Assembly (NCBI GenBank): GCA_963675755.2
Contig: CAXXMD010000003.1
Span: forward strand, 2,496,001 to 2,560,000
Length of the DNA: 64,000 bases
Direction: 5' to 3'
From: a bacterium
GTDB lineage: Bacteria > Zhuqueibacterota > Zhuqueibacteria > Residuimicrobiales > Krinioviventaceae
Below are positions 29,800 to 38,724 of the stretch, one piece after another. Position numbers and translations under genes: made by a program. Under the pieces are notes generated by a model that searched no databases, was not told where the DNA came from, and saw only the letters and a program-made list of their open reading frames with translations. Each line of letters opens with the position of its first letter. Position 1 is the first letter of the stretch.

Positions 29800-31290
29800 A
29801 TGAAGAAAAGAAATTTTATTTACAAGACGGTAACTATAATATTTTTATTCGGGCTTGTATTTTTATGGGAAGAGATTCTATTGGCACAGCCTGGTGTTGG
29901 AATGGGACATGGCGACGACAAAGGAATGCATGCCCCGTTTTTTGAATTACTCACAGATGACCAGCAAGCGGAAATACAATCGCTTGTTGAAGCCATGCGT
30001 GAAGCGGGCAGTGACCGAGAAGCCGTTCGTGAGGCGGTTGACGCAAAATTGGATGAATGGGGCATTGAACGCCCTGAGCCCCCTGAAGGTGGCGGGCCTG
30101 GCATGCATGGCGGTCCCTTTGCGGATCTGACAGAAGAACAGCGCACAGAAATTAAGACACTCGTTGAAACCCTGCGCGAAGCGGGCAGTGACCTTCAAGC
30201 TGTTCGTGAGGCTGTGGATGCCAAACTGGAAGAATGGGGCATTGAACGCCCGGAACCCCCTGAAGGTGGCGGCCCTGGCCTGCATGGCGGTCCATTTGCG
30301 GATCTGACAGAAGAACAACGTACCGAACTTGAGACCCTGGTTGAAACCCTGCGCGAAGCGGGCAGTGACCGTAAAGCAGTTCGTGAGGCTGTGGATGCCA
30401 AACTGGAAGAATGGGGCATTGAACGCCCGGAACCCCCTGAAGATGGCGGCCCTGGCATGCATGGCGGTCCCTTTGCGGATCTGACAGAAGAACAGCGTAC
30501 CGAACTCGAGACCCTTGTTGAAACCCTGCGTGAATCGGGCAGCGACCGTGAGGCCGTTCGAGAAGCTGTAAATAATAAGCTGGAAGAATGGGGTATTGAA
30601 CTACCCGAACCTCCGGAAGGCGGAAGACATGGTGGCCCCGGTAAACACGGAATGCCTTTTAAAGATTTGTTAACCGATGAACAACAAGCAGAGCTGGAGA
30701 CAATGGTCAGCAGCATGAGAGATGCTGACAGCAGTCGTGACGAGATCCACGAGGCTATCGAAACCAAGCTGGAGGAATGGGGTATAGAAATCCCGGAAAA
30801 ACCAGATCAGGATATACATGACGCCATGAAGGAATTGACAACGGAACAACGGAAACAGGTCCATGAACTGGTCAAAGATATGCATGAACAGGGAGCGGAA
30901 CGTGAAGAAATTCAGGAAGCAGTCAAGAGTCTGTTAGAATCGTTTGGGATAGAGATTGGTGACAGTTCTGAATCCAGTGAATCGGAAATCGAAACCCAAA
31001 ACCATTATGGAAGTACAATACTGGCGGCAAGTAATTTCCCCAATCCTTTTAATCCGGAAACCCGGATCAGTTTTGAACTGGGTAAGGCTGCAAGAGTACA
31101 AGTATCTGTTTATAACGTCAAAGGCCAGTTGGTAAATACCTTGATGGATGAGTACCGTAATGAAGGGACTTGCCAGGTGCAATGGAACGGAACACTGGGA
31201 AATGGTGATTCTGCACCATCGGGTATGTATTTTTTTAAAATTAATGCCGGTGGTGAAACATTAACCGAAAGAATGTTGTTAATGAAATAG
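29800..31290 (+). CDS. Secreted acidic helical-repeat protein with C-terminal FlgD-Ig/T9SS-like sorting domain
   Basis: Signal peptide, six LTxxQ-containing units and C-terminal NFPNPFNPET...SGMYF. Confidence 0.85.
   Translation: MKKRNFIYKTVTIIFLFGLVFLWEEILLAQPGVGMGHGDDKGMHAPFFELLTDDQQAEIQSLVEAMREAGSDREAVREAVDAKLDEWGIERPEPPEGGGPGMHGGPFADLTEEQRTEIKTLVETLREAGSDLQAVREAVDAKLEEWGIERPEPPEGGGPGLHGGPFADLTEEQRTELETLVETLREAGSDRKAVREAVDAKLEEWGIERPEPPEDGGPGMHGGPFADLTEEQRTELETLVETLRESGSDREAVREAVNNKLEEWGIELPEPPEGGRHGGPGKHGMPFKDLLTDEQQAELETMVSSMRDADSSRDEIHEAIETKLEEWGIEIPEKPDQDIHDAMKELTTEQRKQVHELVKDMHEQGAEREEIQEAVKSLLESFGIEIGDSSESSESEIETQNHYGSTILAASNFPNPFNPETRISFELGKAARVQVSVYNVKGQLVNTLMDEYRNEGTCQVQWNGTLGNGDSAPSGMYFFKINAGGETLTERMLLMK
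29935..30650 (+). repeat. Intragenic 177-bp tandem repeat (4 close copies; 2 diverged copies extend to about 30950)
   Basis: GAAGCGGGCAGTGACC at 30001, 30178 and 30355, with a variant at 30532. Confidence 0.92.
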
Positions 31291-31295
31291 TTTGT

Positions 31296-31325
31296 AAAGC
31301 AGAGGTACAAAACCTCTGCTTTTTT
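31296..31325 (+). terminator. Intrinsic terminator
   Basis: AAAGCAGAGGT/ACCTCTGCTTT plus T-run. Confidence 0.75.
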
Positions 31326-31347
31326 GTAATCATACGAGGGAAATAAT

Positions 31348-32217
31348 ATGAAAACAAAATTGATTATGCTCTATACTGGTTTACTCACGTTAATGTTTTT
31401 GGGTTGCAAGTCTACCACATATGAATGTTACGAGTTGAACAGCAAAATAACGATTAATGGCAATAACGCTGACTGGGAAAAAATACCCCAGTTGTATGAT
31501 GAGGATAATGAAACGGTATTTGCATTTGCTAAAAACGATTCATTTGTATTTGTGATGATCAGCTTTAACAATGAAAGCATGGTCCGCAAATTTACCATGG
31601 GCGGTGGTGGAATCTGGTGGAGTGCTGATGGTAAAAAAGAAGAAGCGTTTGGGTTGTTCTATCCTCCTGTAACTCCGGTAGCCATGGGAGAACAGGGACA
31701 ACGACCGCAGATGGAGCGTAATTCAGACACAAATCAGTCACGCCCGGGTGAGAAACGAGGTGGTGGTATGATGCAGGATGTTCCCTGGAATTTGATAACC
31801 CCCCGTTTTGTAAACAATACAACCGGTCAGGAGAAAAGTTGGAGTGAAGAACCTTTTGTGGCTACGGCAGGTGCTCAGGACAAAACAGGTGTATGTTTTG
31901 AATTCAAGATCCCGTCATCAGAGATATCCGAAAATGGAATTGATCTGGCCGCCAAAGAATTTTATGTGGGTCTGGAAATTACCGGTGTTGAAATGGAATC
32001 CATGGGCAGACCCGAAGGCGGTCCTGGTGGTGGAATGGGTGGAGGCCCTGGTGGTGGTGGTATGGGCGGACCTCCCGGAGGTGGAGGAGGCGGCCGTGGT
32101 GGTATGAGTGGTGGACCGGGAGGAGGCCCTGGTGGTGGCCCCGGTGCTTCTCAGGATAGTGATATATCTAAAGACACGAAAGCATGGTTTAAACTGATAA
32201 ATACAATAGCTCAATAA
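31348..32217 (+). CDS. Lipoprotein with DOMON/CBM9-like start and Gly/Pro/Met-rich tail
   Basis: Lipobox FLGC, ITINGNNADW and a GGPGGGMGG low-complexity block. Confidence 0.75.
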   Translation: MKTKLIMLYTGLLTLMFLGCKSTTYECYELNSKITINGNNADWEKIPQLYDEDNETVFAFAKNDSFVFVMISFNNESMVRKFTMGGGGIWWSADGKKEEAFGLFYPPVTPVAMGEQGQRPQMERNSDTNQSRPGEKRGGGMMQDVPWNLITPRFVNNTTGQEKSWSEEPFVATAGAQDKTGVCFEFKIPSSEISENGIDLAAKEFYVGLEITGVEMESMGRPEGGPGGGMGGGPGGGGMGGPPGGGGGGRGGMSGGPGGGPGGGPGASQDSDISKDTKAWFKLINTIAQ

Positions 32218-32277
32218 TAATACAATTCATATCTAAAAAATGAATTGTAAAGGATTGTAAAATTCTGGAAATGATGG

Positions 32278-32301
32278 GAACATATTTTTAACTTATACGT
32301 T
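32278..32301 (+). promoter_or_regulatory. ECF-type promoter of sRNA unit 1
   Basis: (G)GAAC-N16-CGTT. Confidence 0.65.
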
Positions 32302-32307
32302 TAAGTA

Positions 32308-32374
32308 ATTAACAACCTTTACCCAGGTTAATAGTAGAAGGACAGTTGCCCTACCCAGCGGCTGTCCTTTTTTT
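32308..32374 (+). ncRNA. Candidate small RNA unit 1 (two UACCC-loop hairpins)
   Basis: AACCT-ttaccc-AGGTT, then AAGGACAGTTGC-cctaccca-GCGGCTGTCCTT plus T-run; 5' end approximate. Confidence 0.65.
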
Positions 32375-32435
32375 GATGATTTTTGGCTGAATTGTTGTTT
32401 TTTTTTAATTTTTTTGAAAATTAATGGTTTTTTTA

Positions 32436-32459
32436 GAACTTTTTTGCATATAATACGTT
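32436..32459 (+). promoter_or_regulatory. ECF-type promoter of sRNA unit 2
   Basis: GAAC-N16-CGTT, same spacing as unit 1. Confidence 0.65.
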
Positions 32460-32465
32460 GTCTAT

Positions 32466-32536
32466 AAAACAACCCCTTTACCCGGGTTGATAGCAGAAGG
32501 ACAGTTGCAACTACCCAGCGGCTGTCCTTTATTTTT
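32466..32536 (+). ncRNA. Candidate small RNA unit 2 (paralog of unit 1)
   Basis: CAACCC-ctttaccc-GGGTTG and an identical terminator stem with loop aactaccca. Confidence 0.65.
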
Positions 32537-32555
32537 ATTAAATGTGAAATAAAAT

Positions 32556-32579
32556 GAACTTTTTTATAAATACCGGGTT
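32556..32579 (+). promoter_or_regulatory. ECF-type promoter of sRNA unit 3
   Basis: GAAC-N16-GGTT. Confidence 0.5.
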
Positions 32580-32584
32580 GAATT

Positions 32585-32655
32585 AATATACCCTCCATTA
32601 TTCCTTTTATAGTCAAAAGGGCGGTTGCTTTAATTAGACAACTGCCCTTTTTTTT
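32585..32655 (+). ncRNA. Candidate small RNA unit 3 (anti-Shine-Dalgarno 5' region plus terminator)
   Basis: UACCCUCCAUUAUU 5' region; AAGGGCGGTTG/CAACTGCCCTT stem plus T-run, related to the stem in units 1 and 2. Confidence 0.55.
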
Positions 32656-32728
32656 ATGGGATTAATTGGATATGCTCACCTGTTTTATCATTTATTATCT
32701 GAAAATAAATAATAATCTGGAGGGTAAC

Positions 32729-33271
32729 ATGAAGAGAATTATATTGGGTGTTGTATTGGCATCTATTGCCTCATTTGCGTGGGGCGCATTTTACTGGATG
32801 GGTCCGTTGAGCGCTAACGCGTTCAATATTCAACCGGATGATAACAAACTTCGTACTGCATTAAAAGAAGCTTTGCCGGAAAGCGGAACGTTTTTCGTTC
32901 CAAATCCCAATATGGCCCAGGCCGACCATGCAAAGCTGCATGAAGAGGGACCCATCGCTATGATCCACTTTGTCCGCGACGGTAAACCGTCAAATATGGG
33001 CGCGTTTATGGGATTGGGATTTTTGATAAATATGGCCCTGGCTGCTTTCCTTGCCGTTTTGTTGAAAATTGGAGCTCCCCGGTTGTCCGGTTATGGTAAG
33101 CGGGTTGGTTTTGTTGCACTGATTGGCCTGGCAGCTTCCGTGTTCACCCGGATTGGTGGTGGTGTTTGGTGGTATCACAATGCAACATGGGTATCCGTTA
33201 TGTTCTTTTATGATTTGACTGTTTATATTGTGATCGGGCTGGTTTTGGCGAAATTTGTCAAGGCTGAATAA
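32729..33271 (+). CDS. Hypothetical four-TM membrane protein
   Basis: GGAGGG RBS before ATG 32729; four hydrophobic segments. Confidence 0.8.
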   Translation: MKRIILGVVLASIASFAWGAFYWMGPLSANAFNIQPDDNKLRTALKEALPESGTFFVPNPNMAQADHAKLHEEGPIAMIHFVRDGKPSNMGAFMGLGFLINMALAAFLAVLLKIGAPRLSGYGKRVGFVALIGLAASVFTRIGGGVWWYHNATWVSVMFFYDLTVYIVIGLVLAKFVKAE

Positions 33272-33338
33272 AAAGGACTTGATAAAATGCTCGGTTTGTT
33301 CTAATTTGTATTTTATTGAAATGAAAGGAATTTGAATT

Positions 33339-34103
33339 ATGGGTTGGCTGGGCAAAGCCATTGGCGGATCTTTGGGATTTATGGTGGGTGGACCCTTTGG
33401 TGCTATTTTCGGCGCTGTATTGGGACATCAGTTTGACAAAACACAAACCTATTCACCTTTTGATGGGCAGCAACAGCGTCAATCTTTTACCGATCAGGAA
33501 AAGAACCAGGCTGTGTTTTTTGTTTCTACTTTTTCTTTGCTTGCAAAACTGGCAAGAGCAGATGGCAAAGTAACGCGCGAAGAAATTAATGTAATTGATG
33601 ATTATATAAAAAATTATTTGAATTTTGATAATGACGCCCGTGACATGGCGGTCAAGATATTCAATGTAGCCAAAGATTCAAACGAAACATTTGATGCATT
33701 TGCGCAACAGTTTTACGGTTTGTTCCGTAATGACCGGCAAATGCTCTACAGTATGTTGGAACTGCTGGTGCGAGTAGCCAAGGCAGACGGATCTATTCAT
33801 CCCAGTGAAGAGCAGATGCTGCAGCGGGCCGCGATCATTTTCAATATTGGAACGACAGAATATGAACGTATAAAGGGCATGCATGTTCAGGACAATAACA
33901 AATATTATGCAATTCTGGGTGCAACGCCAAATGATACAGATGATGAAATTAAAAAGAAATACCGTCAACTGGTTAAAGAATATCATCCCGATGCGGTTAT
34001 TGCCAAGGGAATGCCTGAAGAATTTATAAAATTTGCGACCGAGAAATTCAAGGAAATTCAGGAAGCGTATGATAACGTTATGAAAGAACGCAAAGCTGCC
34101 TGA
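33339..34103 (+). CDS. djlA: DjlA-type co-chaperone (TM + TerB-like + J domain)
   Basis: GKAIGG.LG...[14 protein letters not shown] and C-terminal HPD J domain. Confidence 0.88.
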   Translation: MGWLGKAIGGSLGFMVGGPFGAIFGAVLGHQFDKTQTYSPFDGQQQRQSFTDQEKNQAVFFVSTFSLLAKLARADGKVTREEINVIDDYIKNYLNFDNDARDMAVKIFNVAKDSNETFDAFAQQFYGLFRNDRQMLYSMLELLVRVAKADGSIHPSEEQMLQRAAIIFNIGTTEYERIKGMHVQDNNKYYAILGATPNDTDDEIKKKYRQLVKEYHPDAVIAKGMPEEFIKFATEKFKEIQEAYDNVMKERKAA

Positions 34104-34135
34104 TTGAACGTTGAACCAATTTAATACCAGGAAGA

Positions 34136-35044
34136 GTGTCTATGAAAATTTATGATAAAGATATTTCAAGACGCCGGTTTATCAAGGTAACGGCGGGAGC
34201 TGCCGGTGCTGCCAGTATAAGCAATGTGGCGCGCGCGGCAGATAAAAAGCAAAAACGATCAGCCACTGATAAAGTGACTTTGGGTAAATCCGGATTGGTG
34301 GTTAGCAGACTTGCCATGGGTACCGGTTCGCAAAACGGCAAGGTACAACGGCAACTGGGGCAGGATGGTTTCAATGCTCTGGTACAATATGCTTATGACC
34401 AGGGAATTACATTTTTTGATACCGCGGAAAACTATCCCGGAATGCATGATATGCTGGGTATTGCATTAAAAGGTTTTGACCGTGATAAAATCCAGATCCA
34501 GACCAAAATGCCTTGGTGGAAATCTCCTGATCCGCAAAAAGAACTGGACCGCTACCGCAAACAGTTGAATTCCGATTATTTTGATACTCTGCTAATCCAT
34601 TGTGTAACCACACCAGACTGGGACGATACCCAGAAATACATCATGGATTTTTTGATGGAAGCCAAAGAGAAAAAGTTGGTAAAAGCACCGGGAGTCTCGA
34701 TTCATGGCAGACTGCCGTTAAAGACCGCTACGCTGGACGATTGGGGCGATGTGCGTATGGTGCGCATTAATCATAATGGTGCCAGCATGGATATTGCGGC
34801 CCAGGGTGAGCAACCGGATGTGAATGCAATTGTAGCAAATGTTAAAAAAATGCACGACAGCGGCAAGGGCATAATCGGCATGAAACTCATTGGGAACGGC
34901 AAGTTCAAAGATCCTCAGCTCCGCAAAGATGCCATGAAATTTGTAATGGGACTGGATTGCGTGGATGCGGTTTCAATCGGGTTCAAGAGTCCCGCAGAAA
35001 TCGATGAAGCTATTGGAAATATGAATACGTATTTGAATATCTAA
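34136..35044 (+). CDS. Tat-signal aldo/keto reductase
   Basis: SRRRFIK, GITFFDTAENY, TK and LIH. Confidence 0.85.
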   Translation: MSMKIYDKDISRRRFIKVTAGAAGAASISNVARAADKKQKRSATDKVTLGKSGLVVSRLAMGTGSQNGKVQRQLGQDGFNALVQYAYDQGITFFDTAENYPGMHDMLGIALKGFDRDKIQIQTKMPWWKSPDPQKELDRYRKQLNSDYFDTLLIHCVTTPDWDDTQKYIMDFLMEAKEKKLVKAPGVSIHGRLPLKTATLDDWGDVRMVRINHNGASMDIAAQGEQPDVNAIVANVKKMHDSGKGIIGMKLIGNGKFKDPQLRKDAMKFVMGLDCVDAVSIGFKSPAEIDEAIGNMNTYLNI

Positions 35045-35050
35045 GTATTT

Positions 35051-35073
35051 AGTAATCAGTAATCAGTAATCAG
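35051..35073 (+). repeat. Heptamer tandem repeat (AGTAATC)x3
   Basis: Direct reading. Confidence 0.8.
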
Positions 35074-35081
35074 ATATAGAT

Positions 35082-35120
35082 AAATCCCTCTAAAACATTT
35101 CTGTTTGGGGGGATTTTTTT
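35082..35120 (+). terminator. Intrinsic terminator
   Basis: AAATCCCTCTAAA/TTTGGGGGGATTT plus T-run. Confidence 0.65.
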
Positions 35121-35209
35121 GTTTTGATCCATTCTGAAAATTTTTAAATTTTAAATGTACTATTGATGGGGCAATCTATCGATAATTTTTTTAAATTGTT
35201 TCATGGGGA

Positions 35210-36538
35210 GTGAGCATGAAAAAACAATATATTCTTCACTTTTTAATTGCAACATTGACATTAAACGCACAAACCTGGGAAGCCTATACCAGTAAAAATA
35301 ATGATGTGCAAAAACCATATGTGCAAGTTACACAGAATATTGCCGGTGACAAGATTTATAGTATAGCAATTAATAATAACAGAATTTGTTATGGCACAAA
35401 TGGCGGTGTGACACTTGAAGATGATGGTGTTTTTACATATTTTAATACATCAAATAGCAGTTTACCTGAAAATACTATTAAATTTACAGCTTTTGATAGT
35501 TCCGGGAATGCCTGGTTTGCTTCTAATAATGTATTAACGCTTTATAATGGGGACAGTTTAAAACATTTTACCTACACTGGCAGAGATTTACCGTTTTACA
35601 CAATCACAGCAATGACAGTTGATACAAATGGGAAGCTTTGGTTGGGTTCTTTGGGATTGGGAATTTTTGAATATAATGGTGATGATTTTATTCAACATTT
35701 AGATCCGGACAGTGTGTTAAGGGGACATGCTGTATCAGCATTATTGGTTGATAACAATGATAGTAAATGGGTGGGCACTGCCCAATATACAGTTTTGGAT
35801 AATGGTATTGGTGCATTCAAGTATAATGGAACTGAATGGGAATTGTTTGATCATGATAACAGCGGTATTTATTCAATTAATATTAAATCTATGGAGATGG
35901 AAGATGATGGAACTTTGTGGTTTGGGGGATATGAATGGAATGGTGTTACTCGTTATGATGGGCAGCAATGGAAGTCATATTATCAAAAAAATAGTCAAAT
36001 AATTCCGGGTTCCATTGATTGTATAGCTATTGATACAAAGGGGCGTAAATGGTTTGGCAATCAATCTAGTGGTCTGAGTATGTATGATGGAAATAAATGG
36101 ACAACCTTTAATACAGTGAACAGCCAGCTAGAAAGTAATCAGATTCTATCACTTGAAGCTCATCCTGATGGAAGCATGTATATTGGTACGGCTGTTGGAT
36201 TATCTGTTTATAATGATAATATTGTAAATACTGTGAATGAATCGAACAAGATTCCCCCCAATGTGCAATTGCTGCAAAACTATCCCAATCCCTTTAACGG
36301 CGAAACAACTATTCAATACTCTGTAGAAAATCATGCGGATATTCAGATCCGGATATACAATACAAGAGGTCAACTTATAAACACATTGTTTAGAGGGAAA
36401 CAAATACCAGGGCAGCATGCTGTTCATTGGAATGGGAAAAATGATGTCGGGGAACCCGTATCGTCTGGAATCTATTTTGTCAGGTTGACCACTGATCAGA
36501 GAAATGTTGAAACAAAACGGTTGGTTTTTTTGAAATAA
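35210..36538 (+). CDS. Secreted beta-propeller (two-component regulator propeller repeats) with FlgD-Ig C-terminal domain
   Basis: Repeated D..G..W.G and NS.L..N.I motifs; QNYPNPFN...SGIYF. Confidence 0.85.
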   Translation: MSMKKQYILHFLIATLTLNAQTWEAYTSKNNDVQKPYVQVTQNIAGDKIYSIAINNNRICYGTNGGVTLEDDGVFTYFNTSNSSLPENTIKFTAFDSSGNAWFASNNVLTLYNGDSLKHFTYTGRDLPFYTITAMTVDTNGKLWLGSLGLGIFEYNGDDFIQHLDPDSVLRGHAVSALLVDNNDSKWVGTAQYTVLDNGIGAFKYNGTEWELFDHDNSGIYSINIKSMEMEDDGTLWFGGYEWNGVTRYDGQQWKSYYQKNSQIIPGSIDCIAIDTKGRKWFGNQSSGLSMYDGNKWTTFNTVNSQLESNQILSLEAHPDGSMYIGTAVGLSVYNDNIVNTVNESNKIPPNVQLLQNYPNPFNGETTIQYSVENHADIQIRIYNTRGQLINTLFRGKQIPGQHAVHWNGKNDVGEPVSSGIYFVRLTTDQRNVETKRLVFLK

Positions 36539-36581
36539 TTGGTTTGGATGACAGGGATTTAAGGCCTGATATTAATCTAAG

Positions 36582-36612
36582 TGTGCCAGGCACCTTTGAG
36601 ATGCCCGGCACA
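36582..36612. repeat. REP-like inverted repeat between convergent genes
   Basis: TGTGCCAGGCACCT-TTG-AGATGCCCGGCACA. Confidence 0.6.
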
Positions 36613-36649
36613 TTGGAATTTGGTTAAAGAATACAATCCTGCATTAATA

Positions 36650-37483
36650 TTACAGTTCAATAAAATCAGTCCAGTCTTCCGGCCAGCCCGTTATGTAGCT
36701 GTTAAACTTGTCGAAAACAGTTTTGAATGCGCCTGAAGCATTCCAGATTGCCCAAAACAGATTTGACCCATTCGCATTTTGTTCCGGCCAGTATAGATTT
36801 CTCACATAACGGGATTCAAAAGATGTTAATAGTAAATATTTGTCAGTATTTTTGCCTCGATCTGATTTGATAACGACATATTTGCATCCGGGAATACAAA
36901 TGGAACCTATGGGGTTAAACTCGGTTTTTATAAATGATTCAAATTCTATTTTATCCACATTGGTGTTCAAAGTCAGAGTACCCATTGCATAAACAGGTGT
37001 TGATTGGTCAGTTAATTTAATGTTCCAGTTTTTTTCTGCAATATCCTCCGGTAGAATTGGATCTGCAATCTGTACAACACTCAATTCTAAAATTTTCCAG
37101 GAATTGTTCTGTTTTTCGAGAATCCGCGTAGAAGGATTCCCATTCTCTTTAAAAGTAACAAATGCCATATTGCCCACAATTCTGAATTGATAATCGGATT
37201 TTACTGGTTTCCATTCAGGATTGGCAAAATTTTCCATTTGTTCTTTCAGGTATGATGCAATAGCTTCCCATCCAAGGAATTCAGTATGTTTAAAAGACTC
37301 GGAAATAGAGTAATATGCTTGTGGTGAATGTACCCAAAGTTCGGATAATTTGTCAAAATCATTTTGACTAAAGGAAAGTGTTTCATCCTCTATTGTCTTT
37401 TGAACGGCTTTTTCATCATTGGTTAGTGCAAAAGTGCTGATAAATGAGAAAATCAAAAAAAGAACAACAGGTCTTGTAAACAT
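36650..37483 (-). CDS. Secreted NTF2/SnoaL-like domain protein with a second alpha/beta domain
   Basis: Signal peptide, GWEAI, GNMAFVTF and EKQNNSWKI. Confidence 0.65.
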   Translation of the reverse strand: MFTRPVVLFLIFSFISTFALTNDEKAVQKTIEDETLSFSQNDFDKLSELWVHSPQAYYSISESFKHTEFLGWEAIASYLKEQMENFANPEWKPVKSDYQFRIVGNMAFVTFKENGNPSTRILEKQNNSWKILELSVVQIADPILPEDIAEKNWNIKLTDQSTPVYAMGTLTLNTNVDKIEFESFIKTEFNPIGSICIPGCKYVVIKSDRGKNTDKYLLLTSFESRYVRNLYWPEQNANGSNLFWAIWNASGAFKTVFDKFNSYITGWPEDWTDFIEL

Positions 37484-37559
37484 AATGACCTCCTAAAAAT
37501 TTTTTGAATGACTATCAATTGTAAAATTGTCAGCAATCGATCAGTGATTCATGATTTCT

Positions 37560-37590
37560 GATCGTGACAGAGACCCTCTCTGTCACGATC
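37560..37590. repeat. Perfect 14-bp hairpin (REP-like or terminator)
   Basis: GATCGTGACAGAGA-CCC-TCTCTGTCACGATC. Confidence 0.7.
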
Positions 37591-37643
37591 TTGAACAGTC
37601 CTTATGTACTTCCGGCTATGATTTTCTAACGAATAGGGATTTA

Positions 37644-38597
37644 TCAAGCGGTTCTGAACAGCGGTTCTACCTGTTTGGCAACCTCGGTCAGCATGTCCAT
37701 TTCTTTGTCTGAGATTGGGGTAATGTTGGATGCAATATCTAAAGCTCTGGGAAAAAACAGGGGTTCACCGGGCGGGATAGCCGCGGTCACACCCTGGGCA
37801 AAGGTGAATCGTAGGGCCATATCTGCAAGCTGATCATCCTCAATGGAAATGGGATGGTACCAGCACTTGTCATACAGTTTTTCATCACCTTCCAGTATTC
37901 TGCCGCCTGCCAGGCCTTTTAACGCCAGAATTCCCATTTTACGTTCTTTGGCTTTGGCAACAGCCTTGTGACCAAAGTTGCCATTTAACCACGTTGCGTA
38001 ATTGATGGGCATAAGGATGGTATCAAAATCATATTTTTCCATCGCCAAAAGAGCAGCTTCTTCGCTGTGGGCCGAGAATCCCACATAACGGATTTTTCCA
38101 TCTCGCTGGGCTTTGTGAAATACTTCCATAGCACCATCAGGACCGAATACCTGCTCAACATCCTCTACAGAAGAGAGTGCGTGCAGCTGGTATAGATCAA
38201 AATGGTCGGTACGCATATTTTTCAGAGACTGGTCCAGTTCTTCCTGTGCACCGGCTCTGTCTCTCTTGTTGGTTTTGCAGGCAAGAAAAGCGTTTTTACG
38301 AAAAGGCTCTAGCGCGGGTCCTAGTTTTAATTCGGCATTGCCATAAGAGGGCGCAACATCAAAGTAATTAATGCCGCGGTCCACGGCCTGCGCAACGGCA
38401 CTATTGGCATTGTTTTGCTCTTCGTCCATAACCAGTATGCCCCCAAATCCAATTGCAGAGAGCATTTCGCCGGTACGTCCCAGTTGTCGTTTGGGGACGT
38501 TTTTTGTCGCCGCATCGCCGGTACAGCTCAATAAAGCAGCCAAAGAAATAGCAGCTCCTCCGGTCAAACCCGATTTTATAAAGTCTCTTCTCTCCAT
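37644..38597 (-). CDS. Tat-signal aldo/keto reductase
   Basis: ERRDFIK, GINYFDVAPSY and DLYQLH. Confidence 0.87.
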   Translation of the reverse strand: MERRDFIKSGLTGGAAISLAALLSCTGDAATKNVPKRQLGRTGEMLSAIGFGGILVMDEEQNNANSAVAQAVDRGINYFDVAPSYGNAELKLGPALEPFRKNAFLACKTNKRDRAGAQEELDQSLKNMRTDHFDLYQLHALSSVEDVEQVFGPDGAMEVFHKAQRDGKIRYVGFSAHSEEAALLAMEKYDFDTILMPINYATWLNGNFGHKAVAKAKERKMGILALKGLAGGRILEGDEKLYDKCWYHPISIEDDQLADMALRFTFAQGVTAAIPPGEPLFFPRALDIASNITPISDKEMDMLTEVAKQVEPLFRTA

Positions 38598-38724
38598 AAA
38601 AACTCCTTACAGATGCTATTTTTTTTATTTCAGGATGAAACAAGCATTGAAATATTACGTTTGCATTTATAACAGGTTCATTTTATATTAACATTAAAAG
38701 ATATGTAATTATTGCGGAATTGCA

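Noticed and set aside
29935-30650. 177-bp repeats as CRISPR or mobile element
   Set aside because: In-frame coding repeats with largely synonymous variation and no spacers.
32293-32616. 107-aa minus-strand ORF across the sRNA array
   Set aside because: No RBS or protein-like composition; its repeated ATVLLL segments and Lys-runs are the antisense of the RNA stems and T-tracts.
32308-32655. CRISPR mini-array interpretation of the repeated units
   Set aside because: Units are about 65-70 nt, only two are close copies, each has its own promoter and terminator, and there are no cas genes.
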